DNA of 64,000 nucleotides from assembly GCA_963716395.1 (NCBI GenBank), contig OY970309.1:576001-640000 (forward strand), written 5' to 3'. Under the pieces are notes generated by a model. It was not told the origin of the DNA and made no database searches. It saw nothing but the letters and a program-made list of their open reading frames with translations. The translations under genes and the position numbers were made by a program. This DNA is from an uncultured Fibrobacteria bacterium. Lineage in GTDB: Bacteria; Fibrobacterota; Fibrobacteria; UBA11236. This document shows positions 28,746-40,875 of this stretch, in pieces. The number at the start of each line of letters is the position of its first letter. Position 1 is the stretch's first letter.

Positions 28746-30821
28746 GTGAACCGGCCATGCAACCTCGCCGAATTTATCCATGCGCGAAGCGGCGTGCGTT
28801 GGTATTTTTTCGCCGTGGTGCGCTTTCCTGCGATTTTCTTCCTCGGCATCTTCCTGTCACAAATCTCCGCCGGCACCCCCGAAGGTCTGCCGGGTACCTA
28901 TGCCTCGCCTTCGGCGCAAACCCTGGATCATGGCGCGATTTCCGTGGGCGTCACCGCCTTCGGCAACGACGATGCCTCGCAGGTGTTGCCCCGTTACCTG
29001 CTGCTGACACCGGGCGGCCCGGACACGGCCTCGTTCCAAGATCTGCTCAGCGGCGGCCTGATCCTGCATGCGGCCATGGGCCTGGGCGGGAACTTCGATT
29101 TCGGTCTGGCGCTGCCGATCTATATGAACAACATCGCCGATCCGCCCGAAGCTTCCGTGCTGAATGCCACGGCGCTGGGCGACCTGAAGCTTCTGGCCAA
29201 GGTGCGCGCACCGCTGCCAACTCCGGTGCTGGCCCTATCGCTGGCCGGTGGCCTCACCGTTCCCTCGAATGCCGGCCAGGGATTTCTGCCCATGGTCAGT
29301 GCCCTGGCGGTCGATACCGCAGGCCGCGGTTTCAACCACGACACCTATTCCGCCAAAGCCCTGACTGAAATGGGGCTGGGAATCATCACCGTGGATCTCT
29401 CGCAAGCCCGGTTTTCCCTGCCCTTTCGCTTCAACGTGTCGGGAGGCTATTGGCATTTGCCCCGAGGGCTGGGCGGCGATCGCGCGCTGTGGAACGGCTC
29501 GCTGGAATGGCTCGCATCTCCGCGGCTCGGATTCTTCGGCGACCTGTCTTCGCAGGCTTCGCTATCCGGCTTTAACGGTGTGCGCAGTTTTATCCGCCAA
29601 GATCTGCGCACCACCGCCGGCATTTCCCTCAACGGCGACGACGGTTTTTCCGCCAGCGGCGGGGCGCAATTCACGCTTTCGGATCGGCCGCTCTTCCCTT
29701 ATCAAAAATCCGTACCCGGCGGCGGCGTTGCCACCTATTCGGCCCGTGCTCTCCCCGATGTGTCCGTGGTGGTGCAGGTGAGCTGGACCGGTTCGCTGTT
29801 CCCCAAAGACTCCGACGGCGACGGTATTCCCGATGACCAGGACAAATGTCCGACCGTACCCGGCTTGCTCCAATTCGCGGGCTGCCCCAATCCCGACAGC
29901 GATAAAGACGGCATTTGCGATCCCTGGGTCGCCCAGGCCGGCTTGAGCGCGCGATTCGCCAACGTCTGCACCGGGGTCGACAAATGCCCCAATGACCCCG
30001 AAGACAAAGACGGTTTCCAGGACGAAGACGGATGCCCCGAACCCGACAATGACAAAGACGGCATTTGCGATCCCTGGGTCGCCGCGTCCGGTCAAAGCGC
30101 CAAGTATGCCGCCGTCTGCAAAGGCTCGGATAAATGCCCCAATGACCCCGAAGACTTTGACGGCTTTGAAGACCAGGACGGATGTCCCGATCTCGATAAT
30201 GACAAAGACGGCATTCTCGATTCACGGGACAAATGCCCCAATGATGCCGAAGACAAAGACGGCTTTGAAGACCAAGACGGTTGCCCCGATCCCGATAATG
30301 ACAAAGACGGCGTCTGCGATCCCTGGGTGGCGACCAGCGGCCAGTCCGCGAAATACGCCGACGTCTGCCATGGGTCGGACAAATGCCCGGATCAATCCGG
30401 CCCTGTCGACAACACCGGTTGTCCGGTGGCCAAGTCCGATTCCGACACCACCGCCGCACGGGCGCCTTTTCCCGATCACATCGCCTTGCCGCAAGTGCAT
30501 TTCCAAGGTGAGACCAAGGCTTTGACCGTCGATTCCTATCTGGAACTGGACACCCTGCTGCACATGTTGAAAGTCCGCCCCGACGTGCACCTGGAGATCC
30601 ACGTGTACAGCGACGACCGGGGTCGTGCCAGCCGGTTACTGGAATTGACCCAGGCCCGTGCCGAAACCATCCGGCGCTACCTGATTCTGCACGGCATCGA
30701 TCGGCTACATCTAACGGCCGTGGGCATGGGATCGAAAAATCCCATCGCCAGCAACCACACCGCGCGCGGACGCCGGGAAAACCGAAGAGTGGAGGTTGTC
30801 CGCAGCGATGAACGGGACTAA
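28746..30821 (+). CDS. OmpA-family outer membrane protein with thrombospondin type 3 repeats
   Basis: N-terminal barrel-like region, DxDxDGxxDxxDKCP repeats, C-terminal OmpA domain (YSDDRG, RAETIR, NRRVEV). The start may be a later GTG near 28815. Confidence 0.85.
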   Translation: MNRPCNLAEFIHARSGVRWYFFAVVRFPAIFFLGIFLSQISAGTPEGLPGTYASPSAQTLDHGAISVGVTAFGNDDASQVLPRYLLLTPGGPDTASFQDLLSGGLILHAAMGLGGNFDFGLALPIYMNNIADPPEASVLNATALGDLKLLAKVRAPLPTPVLALSLAGGLTVPSNAGQGFLPMVSALAVDTAGRGFNHDTYSAKALTEMGLGIITVDLSQARFSLPFRFNVSGGYWHLPRGLGGDRALWNGSLEWLASPRLGFFGDLSSQASLSGFNGVRSFIRQDLRTTAGISLNGDDGFSASGGAQFTLSDRPLFPYQKSVPGGGVATYSARALPDVSVVVQVSWTGSLFPKDSDGDGIPDDQDKCPTVPGLLQFAGCPNPDSDKDGICDPWVAQAGLSARFANVCTGVDKCPNDPEDKDGFQDEDGCPEPDNDKDGICDPWVAASGQSAKYAAVCKGSDKCPNDPEDFDGFEDQDGCPDLDNDKDGILDSRDKCPNDAEDKDGFEDQDGCPDPDNDKDGVCDPWVATSGQSAKYADVCHGSDKCPDQSGPVDNTGCPVAKSDSDTTAARAPFPDHIALPQVHFQGETKALTVDSYLELDTLLHMLKVRPDVHLEIHVYSDDRGRASRLLELTQARAETIRRYLILHGIDRLHLTAVGMGSKNPIASNHTARGRRENRRVEVVRSDERD
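29808..30425 (+). repeat. Intragenic TSP3-type tandem repeats
   Basis: GAyAAAGACGGCrTyTGCGATCCCTGGGT recurs at about 29901, 30051 and 30300, and AAATGCCCCAATGA recurs. Confidence 0.8.
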
Positions 30822-30921
30822 AGTCCGTTAAAGACCGAGGTCACTGCGCGCGGACCGGAAACCCTCCGAACCGGTGCGATGAACTCGCACACCGGCGACG
30901 GCGGCTGATTTCGAAGATTTG

Positions 30922-31641
30922 TTAAAACGAGTAAGCGTACCCGAAAACCGCGTCCAGATTGAACAAATCAGAGCTTTGGGTTCCGGGACCGAGACGTAAC
31001 ACCACCTTCGGCTCGAAATTGATCGAACTCACTTCATTGATGCGGTACAGGAGATTCACCCCACCCATGAATTCATGCCAGACATTGGCGTCGGAATAAT
31101 GCAGGTTCTGCGTTCCTCCGGTGCTCGGATCGGGAGCGTTGAGATATTCGGTACGCCATTTGACATAGAAGAGTTCATACGAAACTTCGGGAATCACGGT
31201 CATATCGGGGCTGGTCGGATAACGCAGGGCGAAGACCGGCCCGGCCCCCGTGCGCGAACGTGTGAACGAGTTGTAATTGTCGTCGGGTTTGGAAACGTCT
31301 TCGTAGATGTAGTCGCCGCGCACCGCGAAAGAAAAAACCTTCAGGTTGCCGGGCTCGATGAATTCGAATTCGAGCCACGGGTGCATGGTATAGGCGTTCA
31401 GACCCGGAATCAAGATGGTGTCGGACACGGGTTTGGAGGCCTCGAAGCCCAGCGATGTGCGGCCTTCGATGTCGTATTCGAATCCCACCGATGGCTGGGT
31501 GATGTTTGAGTTCCACTCCACGCCGAGATAGGGATGAATGGCCGAAACATCCGACTCGAACAATTGCACCTGGGCATGTGCAGGCAACGATCCGGCGAAC
31601 AATGCGGCCCCGACCAACCATCCCGCATTAAAATTCTTCAT
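30922..31641 (-). CDS. Hypothetical outer-membrane beta-barrel protein
   Basis: GGAGG SD, signal peptide ending AHA, alternating aromatic strands, C-terminal GYAYSF. Confidence 0.7.
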   Translation of the reverse strand: MKNFNAGWLVGAALFAGSLPAHAQVQLFESDVSAIHPYLGVEWNSNITQPSVGFEYDIEGRTSLGFEASKPVSDTILIPGLNAYTMHPWLEFEFIEPGNLKVFSFAVRGDYIYEDVSKPDDNYNSFTRSRTGAGPVFALRYPTSPDMTVIPEVSYELFYVKWRTEYLNAPDPSTGGTQNLHYSDANVWHEFMGGVNLLYRINEVSSINFEPKVVLRLGPGTQSSDLFNLDAVFGYAYSF

Positions 31642-31779
31642 AATTCGTTCATCCTCCGGTGGAACGCTCCGCCGTCTTCGGAACAACCGGTTCAAACCCG
31701 TGACAGGATGAACAGTGGAACCGGATCAGGCAGGACGGCCCAAATAATAGTTTCGATGAAGGGCGCCGCAAAGAAATCC

Positions 31780-33408
31780 TCAGCGTTCCAGCATGAACTT
31801 ATAGACCCCATGTGTTCCGGGCGCAACGGTTATGGTCGTATCCATCGGCGGTGCCAAGCGGTGTACCAACTCGATATGGCAAGGGCCCGCCGGCACTTCC
31901 AGATACGAACTCATCGGGGTTTCGCCCTCGGCTTTTCCATTGATGGTGATACTGGCAAAAGGCGGCGCCGACTTGAGCCAAATCCAACCGGTCTTGGGAG
32001 CGGAAGCGACGGGCTCGGCGGGTGGCCGCTGTATTTGCGGTTCGGCAGGGCGCACCGGATGGATCTTGATGGGCCGATGGATCGGACGTTCGGCGGCCAG
32101 CGGTTCGGGCCTGGCCTCCGGCTTCGGAGGCTCTTCCGGAACCTCCAAGGGATTCGGGGCGGCCGGAACGGTCGGTTTGGCCGCAACCATGGGAGGCTTC
32201 GCGGAAACCGCCGTAGACTTGGGAGCCGAAACGATGAGGGCGGGCGTTACGCCGAACTTGATCCAGAGCAGGACGCCGGCCAAGACCAAAATGGCGATGG
32301 TTAACAAGGCTCCGACCCAGACCAGCGGAGAGCGCGATGAGGGGCCCATGGCCCCGGTGGTGGGATGGCCCGAATAGGTGTTCACGCCTCCGGAAGCCGC
32401 CCCCATTCCCGAACCCGGAGGGGTTTTGGCCGACAGCACGAATCCGCTGCGGCCGCGCGCGCCGGAAGCCGGCTGGGAGCCGGGCCGGGAAAACTTCGAC
32501 GAACCCATGCCTTTGGGTTCCACCATGGTGCGGCCATTTTGCAGACCCATTTGGCCGATGAAATTTCGGGTATGTTCGACGATGTCGACGATGCCCCGGC
32601 TGTTCAACCATGCGCGCAATTGGTTGGCCAGCCAGCGCGCGCCGTCGGCCCGCGCCTCCGGGGTCTTTTGCAGCATGGCGTCGATCACATCCGCCAAAAA
32701 AGGATCGGCGCCGGGATTTTGCTCCCGCACCGGAGGATGCGGGCGATCACAGATATTGCGCATGGTGACCGGAATCGAAGGCCCGGTAAAAGGCAGCTTG
32801 CCGGTCAGGCAGTAATAAAACACGCCGCCCAGGGAAAACAAATCGGTTTTATGCGTGGGCTTGACGCCTTCGATCTGTTCGGGCGACATAAAATTCGGCG
32901 AACCCAGCACGGCACCGGTTTGGGTGCGCGATTGCTCGTCGGCAATGTGGGCGATCCCGAAATCGGCGATTTTCAGAATGCCTTCGGAGTTGAACAAAAG
33001 GTTTTCCGGCTTGATGTCGCGATGCACCACGCCGTGTTTTTCCGCCGAGGTCAGTCCCTCGGCCGCCTGGCAAATGACGGCCGCGGCCACGGTGTCGGGC
33101 ATGGGTTGTCCGGCCATGGCGGTGCACAGCATTTGCAGGCTTTGCCCGTCGATGTATTCCATGACCAGGAATTGCTGATCGTCCTGAACGCCGAAGTCGA
33201 AAATCTCGACGATGTTGACGTGGCGCAGGGCCGCGATGGTCTTGGCTTCGACCGTGAAGCGTTCGATGAGACTGGTGTTGGAACTGAGATGGGACTGAAT
33301 AACCTTGATGGCCACCAGCCGATTGAGCAATGGATCTTCGCCCAGGTACACCGTGGCCATGCCACCCTGGCCCAATTGACTGAGAATCCGGTAGCGGCCG
33401 AACTCCAT
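31780..33408 (-). CDS. Hanks-type Ser/Thr protein kinase with TM helix and C-terminal PEGA domain
   Basis: LGQGGMATVY, VAIK, HRDIKPEN, DFG, SPEQ, and SAPPFASITING..GETP. Confidence 0.92.
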   Translation of the reverse strand: MEFGRYRILSQLGQGGMATVYLGEDPLLNRLVAIKVIQSHLSSNTSLIERFTVEAKTIAALRHVNIVEIFDFGVQDDQQFLVMEYIDGQSLQMLCTAMAGQPMPDTVAAAVICQAAEGLTSAEKHGVVHRDIKPENLLFNSEGILKIADFGIAHIADEQSRTQTGAVLGSPNFMSPEQIEGVKPTHKTDLFSLGGVFYYCLTGKLPFTGPSIPVTMRNICDRPHPPVREQNPGADPFLADVIDAMLQKTPEARADGARWLANQLRAWLNSRGIVDIVEHTRNFIGQMGLQNGRTMVEPKGMGSSKFSRPGSQPASGARGRSGFVLSAKTPPGSGMGAASGGVNTYSGHPTTGAMGPSSRSPLVWVGALLTIAILVLAGVLLWIKFGVTPALIVSAPKSTAVSAKPPMVAAKPTVPAAPNPLEVPEEPPKPEARPEPLAAERPIHRPIKIHPVRPAEPQIQRPPAEPVASAPKTGWIWLKSAPPFASITINGKAEGETPMSSYLEVPAGPCHIELVHRLAPPMDTTITVAPGTHGVYKFMLER

Positions 33409-33590
33409 GCTTTGCACCTCGACTTCCCGCGCTGGCGCACTCCCGCGGGACTTGACACCCAATTTCAAAAACTTAGAAAAGTGATGCCTAACCCGAATTT
33501 TCCCCTTTTCGGGGATCGAAAGCCCGCTACTTCGCACCCCAAAACCAGCCGGCGCGGCCTAATTCTCAAATGTCCAAGATTCGAGGCCTT

Positions 33591-34433
33591 TCAGGCCAGG
33601 GCTTTTTGCATGCGGGTCATGGCGATGGCTTCGTGGGCGGCTTCGAGCGATTGGGCCGCCCGCCCGCGCACCCCCCATTGCGCCGGCAGGGTGCTTTTGT
33701 ACAGCGCCAGGGTTTTGGCGCCCAGCACGGCCGCCAGGTGGCTCGGTCCGCTGTCGTTGCCGATGAACAAGGCGGCCGGACCGGCCAGCTTGGCCAAATC
33801 CGATACCGTCGCGGGCTCCTCCACCGGAAAGCGGTTTTGGAAGTACCGCCGGAGCGTCTCTTCTTGCGGACCGAGCACGATGCGGGTGTCGGGGTAGCGG
33901 CGCGCCTTCAACTCGTTTCCCAGAAAGGCGTAGAACTCCGGATCGAAGCGCTTGCTGTCCGATCCGGCTCCGGGATGGATCAACGCGTAACTTGCGCGTT
34001 CCGTCGACAGGGGGAGATACGGCTCGGGATCGGGTATCACGGGAAGCGAGAAATAGGCCAGGCTCTGCAGGTGATAATCCATGACGTGATCGTTGTTGCC
34101 GGGAAAGGGCGGATGCAGCCGCACCGGCCCTGCGCATTGGGGTTCGAGCAAGGCGCGCACCTTGGGGTCATCTTCCATCCACAGCAGGGCCGACTCGGTT
34201 TCGGCCAGGGCTTGGGGCAGCGCTTCTCCGGAAAAAAACGGGAGCAGTTCGGCCGCTTCGCAGTCAAGCCAGGAGTCGACCAACCCCATTTCCCGGGCCA
34301 ACCGCATGTGCTCCGGTTTGCCCACGCCGAGGAAATGGTGCTCCGAATATTTCCAGCGTAGATGGATGAGGGCGGGCCAGGTCAGTACGAAGTCGCCCAG
34401 GGCGCCGCGATGGGAGAAGAGGAAAACCTTCAT
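33591..34433 (-). CDS. Glycosyltransferase family 9 protein
   Basis: GALGDFVL, IHPGAGSDSKR, FIGNDSGPSHLAA. Confidence 0.85.
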   Translation of the reverse strand: MKVFLFSHRGALGDFVLTWPALIHLRWKYSEHHFLGVGKPEHMRLAREMGLVDSWLDCEAAELLPFFSGEALPQALAETESALLWMEDDPKVRALLEPQCAGPVRLHPPFPGNNDHVMDYHLQSLAYFSLPVIPDPEPYLPLSTERASYALIHPGAGSDSKRFDPEFYAFLGNELKARRYPDTRIVLGPQEETLRRYFQNRFPVEEPATVSDLAKLAGPAALFIGNDSGPSHLAAVLGAKTLALYKSTLPAQWGVRGRAAQSLEAAHEAIAMTRMQKALA

Positions 34434-35593
34434 CGCCAGGGACTGGGATTGGGGCGCCAACGCGGATTTTTGGAAGACATGTCCACCGAATAGAAATCAC
34501 GGTCGAATTTGGCGGCGTTCTGTCCCAGATGCCGCAGGAGAAAGCGCGCAATCCACTTCTCGATTTTCAGCACCACCATTTTTTTCCGCAGGCGCCCCTG
34601 GCTGTCGCGATTCAACACCGAAGGAATGGTGTTGAAGGTCAGGATTTCGTCGAGCTGCTTGGAATTCAGATTTTCCCGGCCTTCGGGCGACGAATAGAAA
34701 TGCGTGACGCCGAAGCAAATTTTGTGCGGCCGGCCCGAGCGCAACAGCTTGCAGCACTCGATGATGGTCGACCCGGTGCGCACCATGTCGTCGAGCACGA
34801 GAACGTCCTTGCCCTCCAAATCCGCGAGGCTGACGTCCGACAGCGGGCTCAGGCTCATGCTGACCTGGCGCTCGCTGCTGCGCTGCTTTTCCATCACTAG
34901 GCGGGCCACCTTGGAGAGCCCCAAGGATTCATGCACCAGGTTGACGAAGGGCATGGCCCCCATGTCGGGCGCGCACAAAACCAGGTTGTCGCCGTCTTTG
35001 CCGGTGACCACCATGTCGGAGTATTTCACGTAGTCGGCGTACACTTCGTCGGGAATGAGGTTGTAGAATTCGCCGCCGAAAGTCCGGCTGAACAGCTTCT
35101 GCACCTTACCGCTGTGGTTGTGCACGGTGATGACCGCGTCGACGCCGGCGGTCTTGAGCAGTTCGGCGTACAGCCTGGCGGTAAACGGCTGGCCGTCGAA
35201 TTTTTTCAAATCCTGAATGGGCCGGCCCTCTTCGTCTTCGCCGCGATGCGGTCCGCGATCCTGCGCCGAGAAGAACAAATCCGGTTCGACCAGAATCACC
35301 TTGCGCGCCCCGTTGTCCTTGGCGGCGCGCGCCAGCAGCAAGGTGCGGAAGGTCAGCGACCCGCGCGTATGGTTGCTGGCGGCCGAACAAATCACCACGG
35401 CCTTGCCCTCAAGCGAGCGGCCGATATGTTCCAAATCGTTTTCGTCGCTGATGTAGCGGGGGCAGAATTCGGTGTTGGCGTAGGTCTTGAGCGAGATCAG
35501 GTCGGCGATGTCTTCGGCCTGGCCGCACATGTGGCCCATGTCGATGGCGAAGGGATCGTCGGAAACGGTGGAGATGATGATGGCGTCGCGCAT
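34430..35593 (-). CDS. prs: Ribose-phosphate pyrophosphokinase (divergent)
   Basis: AQDR, ITVHNHS, CAPDMGA, and the PRPP motif VLVLDDMVRTGSTI. Start MRDAII. Confidence 0.75.
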   Translation of the reverse strand: MRDAIIISTVSDDPFAIDMGHMCGQAEDIADLISLKTYANTEFCPRYISDENDLEHIGRSLEGKAVVICSAASNHTRGSLTFRTLLLARAAKDNGARKVILVEPDLFFSAQDRGPHRGEDEEGRPIQDLKKFDGQPFTARLYAELLKTAGVDAVITVHNHSGKVQKLFSRTFGGEFYNLIPDEVYADYVKYSDMVVTGKDGDNLVLCAPDMGAMPFVNLVHESLGLSKVARLVMEKQRSSERQVSMSLSPLSDVSLADLEGKDVLVLDDMVRTGSTIIECCKLLRSGRPHKICFGVTHFYSSPEGRENLNSKQLDEILTFNTIPSVLNRDSQGRLRKKMVVLKIEKWIARFLLRHLGQNAAKFDRDFYSVDMSSKNPRWRPNPSPWR

Positions 35594-35618
35594 GGGGATC
35601 GGCCGGCCCGGTGGCATC

Positions 35619-38126
<2,508 letters not shown>

Positions 38127-38249
38127 GGGGAGCACCTGCAATTTCTGGACAATGTCCAATCATAACAAAATTCGCTTTTTACTTGCCGCAAGCCGCCACG
38201 GACCGTTTTATATATTCCCTCTTTCAAACCTCATCGAAAGGATGCAACC

Positions 38250-38837
38250 ATGGCAGTTCTGGTTGGTAAAGAAGCTCCCGATTTCACCGAAGACGCGGCC
38301 GTAGGCCAGACTTCGCAAAAGATCACCCTCTCGTCGTACCGCGGACAGAAATACGTGGTCTTGTTTTTCTACCCCCTCGATTTCACCTTCGTATGCCCCA
38401 CCGAAATCCTCGCCTTTCAGGAATCGCTGAAGGAGTTCGAAAGCCGCAACGCGGTGGTGCTCGGCTGTTCCATCGATTCCAAGTTTTCGCATATGGCGTG
38501 GCTGCGCACCGCGAAAAACGACGGCGGCATCCAGGGTGTGACCTATCCCATCATCTCCGACATCAACAAAAAAGTTTCGCGCGCTTTCGACGTGCTCGAT
38601 GAAGGCGCCGGCATCACTTACCGCGCCTCCTTCGTCATCGACAAGAAGGGGTTCGTCCAGGCCCAGGTCGTGCACAACCGCGACATCGGCCGCAATGTCG
38701 AGGAAGTGATCCGCTTGCTCGACGCGCTGCAATTCAGCGAAGAGCACGGCGAAGTGTGCCCGGCCAACTGGACCAAGGGCAAAAAAGCCATGAAAGCCAC
38801 CCGCGAGGGCGTGACCGGATACTTGGGCGGCAAGTAG
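38250..38837 (+). CDS. ahpC: 2-Cys peroxiredoxin
   Basis: FFYPLDFTFVCPTE and GEVCPANW. Confidence 0.93.
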   Translation: MAVLVGKEAPDFTEDAAVGQTSQKITLSSYRGQKYVVLFFYPLDFTFVCPTEILAFQESLKEFESRNAVVLGCSIDSKFSHMAWLRTAKNDGGIQGVTYPIISDINKKVSRAFDVLDEGAGITYRASFVIDKKGFVQAQVVHNRDIGRNVEEVIRLLDALQFSEEHGEVCPANWTKGKKAMKATREGVTGYLGGK

Positions 38838-38858
38838 TCGATTTAAAATCCGCAGGCC

Positions 38859-38888
38859 AAAAGCCCGTCCGATGGACGGGCTTTTTTT
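38859..38888 (+). terminator. Rho-independent terminator of ahpC
   Basis: AAAAGCCCGTCC-GAT-GGACGGGCTTTTTTT. Confidence 0.88.
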
Positions 38889-38920
38889 GTGTCTGCCGTT
38901 ACACACTTAGGGGCCGTTAA

Positions 38921-39079
38921 GAAATAACGGCGTTATTCCGAGGGGGAAGAGTCGACAGCATCCCGCATTACACCGATCTGGCAAGAGTATTCACATCGAT
39001 GCCCGAGGTGGCGGAATTGTTCCAGGGTTATATGGAATTGGTGCAGGGCGGGCACCGGGAGATTTTCAAAATCGAGTAG
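38921..39079 (+). pseudogene. Possible 3' remnant of a small gene
   Basis: Open frame with no 5' start ending ...PEVAELFQGYMELVQGGHREIFKIE*. It is reminiscent of the C-termini of NIPSNAP-like small proteins. Confidence 0.35.
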
Positions 39080-39091
39080 CCCGCGCGGCCC

Positions 39092-39931
39092 TTAAATCCG
39101 TACGCTGTCGATGGTGGTGAGCACGATGCCTTTGCAGCCCAAGGCGGCGAGGGCATCCAGGATTTTCTGGGCCTCGCGTTTGCGAATCATGGATTTCACG
39201 GAGAACCACCCGTCTTTGGCCAGCGACGTGATGGTGGGCGATTCGATGCCGGGAGTGATGGCGCAGGCCGGCTTCAACGTGGCTGCAGTCGCGTCGTATT
39301 CCACCATCATGTATTCCAGGGCCAGGATTTTGCCTTCGACCCGGCTTTTGAGTACCAACAACTCTTCCTGCGTCTCGCGGCCCGGATGCGCAAACAGCGC
39401 GGCGCGTGATTCGAACAGGGGCGCGCCCAGAATGCGCAGGCCGGCCTGCGCCAAGGTGGTTCCGGTTTCGACGATGTCGACCACGGCGTCGGCGATGCCG
39501 AGCTTCACCGAAATTTCCACCGCGCCTTCGAGTTCGACGATTTGCCCGTGGCCGCCGAAGTGATTCTTCACGATGACGGGAAACGAGGTGGCGATGCGCA
39601 CCGCCGCCAACTGTTGCAAGTCGCGTAAATTGCTGGCCTCGGGAACGGCCGCGCACAGCTTCGACGCACCGTAATTGAGATCCAGCAGCCGCGCCGGCTG
39701 CACGCCCTTTTCGGCCACGAAGTCTCTGCCCGTGATGCCCGCGTCGAGAATGCCGTTGGCCACGTAGATGGGAATATCACCCGGACGCAGAAAAAAGAAT
39801 TCCACCCCGTTTTCGGTATCAAGGGTGCTCAGGCTACGCAGCGATTTGCGCACCTGGTAGCCGCAGGCGGCCAGAATATCCATGGTGGGCTCGAAAAGCT
39901 GCCCTTTGTTTGGAATCGCAACCTTAATCAT
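39092..39931 (-). CDS. hisG: ATP phosphoribosyltransferase (long form)
   Basis: AIPNKG, RPGDIP, IATSFP, GAVE, DIVETGTTL, SPTIT. Confidence 0.93.
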   Translation of the reverse strand: MIKVAIPNKGQLFEPTMDILAACGYQVRKSLRSLSTLDTENGVEFFFLRPGDIPIYVANGILDAGITGRDFVAEKGVQPARLLDLNYGASKLCAAVPEASNLRDLQQLAAVRIATSFPVIVKNHFGGHGQIVELEGAVEISVKLGIADAVVDIVETGTTLAQAGLRILGAPLFESRAALFAHPGRETQEELLVLKSRVEGKILALEYMMVEYDATAATLKPACAITPGIESPTITSLAKDGWFSVKSMIRKREAQKILDALAALGCKGIVLTTIDSVRI

Positions 39932-40188
39932 AATTTAGTGTACACGTCTTCCGGGAAAATCCCCTTTTCGGCCAGCATGCAGGCCACGTAATAAAGTACC
40001 TGCGACAGTTCCAGCGTCTGGGCTTCGCGCGACTCGAAGCGCGCCGCCATCCAGGCTTCGGCGGCTTCTTCGAGCAGCTTTTTGCCGATGCCGTCCACGC
40101 CTTTTTGAAACAGGGCCGTGGTGGATTTGCCCGCGGGCATTTCGACCTTGCGCTGCCGCGCCAAGGCGCACATTTCCTCAAAGGTCAT
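39928..40188 (-). CDS. hisE: Phosphoribosyl-ATP pyrophosphatase
   Basis: KKLLEEAAEAWMAA..ELSQVLY; overlaps the hisG start. Confidence 0.88.
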   Translation of the reverse strand: MTFEEMCALARQRKVEMPAGKSTTALFQKGVDGIGKKLLEEAAEAWMAARFESREAQTLELSQVLYYVACMLAEKGIFPEDVYTKL

Positions 40189-40193
40189 AGCCG

Positions 40194-40579
40194 CTATTTT
40201 CGTTTTTTCGTTTTTTCACAGTAACGCACCCCGTCCATACCTTTGAAGTCGTCGTCCTGCGTCCACAATGTAGCCCGGAAATCCGGGCCGTGGCCAAAAT
40301 CACGCTGTCGGCCAGGGCCAGCCGCAGCCTGACCCCGAGATTCGCCGCTTCGATAGCCTCGGTTTCGTCCAACTCCCCGATCTTCCCCATCCGCATCTGA
40401 GCGGCGGCCCGCAAAGTCTGCATTTCGTCCCGTTGGCGCAGGATAATCTTGAAGACTTCCAGCAACGCGATCGAGGGAACGATCAACCGCGGCGAGTCTT
40501 CGATAGCCGAGGCGAAAAAGCCGGCGTTGGGGGCGGCGGCGAAATACTCCAGCCAGCCGGAGGAGTCCACCAAATTCAC
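40194..40579 (-). pseudogene. vapC: VapC-type PIN toxin with a 1-nt frameshift
   Basis: The frame NLVDSSGWLEYF...LALADSVILATAR switches near 40280 to a second frame encoding the expected ATLWTQDDDFKG. Confidence 0.8.
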
Positions 40580-40782
40580 AGTCGATCGACTTCCCGGGGC
40601 ACATCGGTATCGATGCCGCGCACGAATCCCCGCATTTCTTTCATGGGCCGGATGGGAACGATTTCAATCCGGCCGTCGAACTGGAACACCTGCACCTTGG
40701 CACCGGGTTTCAATCCCATGCTTTCGCGCACTTCTTTCGGAATGACGACTTGGTATTTGGGAGAAATGGTGAGAGGGGACAT
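40576..40782 (-). CDS. vapB: AbrB/MazE/SpoVT-family antitoxin
   Basis: ISPKYQVVIPKEVRESMGLKPG; 4-nt overlap with vapC. Confidence 0.88.
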   Translation of the reverse strand: MSPLTISPKYQVVIPKEVRESMGLKPGAKVQVFQFDGRIEIVPIRPMKEMRGFVRGIDTDVPREVDRL

Positions 40783-40792
40783 CGAAGCTCCT

Positions 40793-40804
40793 ATCGATCT
40801 CGAT
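40793..40804. promoter_or_regulatory. Candidate TA operator palindrome
   Basis: ATCGA-TC-TCGAT immediately upstream of the vapB SD. Confidence 0.35.
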
Positions 40805-40875
40805 TTGGTTTTACAGTAACCGGTTCGATACCCCTTGTCAAGCGCCGGATTCTCCGCGTCACCCTGCCGAACCCT

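Noticed and set aside
29808-30425. Regularly recurring DNA repeats of about 30 nt that resemble a CRISPR array
   Set aside because: They are in-frame TSP3 protein repeats with wobble variation inside an OmpA gene. The intervening segments are homologous to each other and no cas genes are present.
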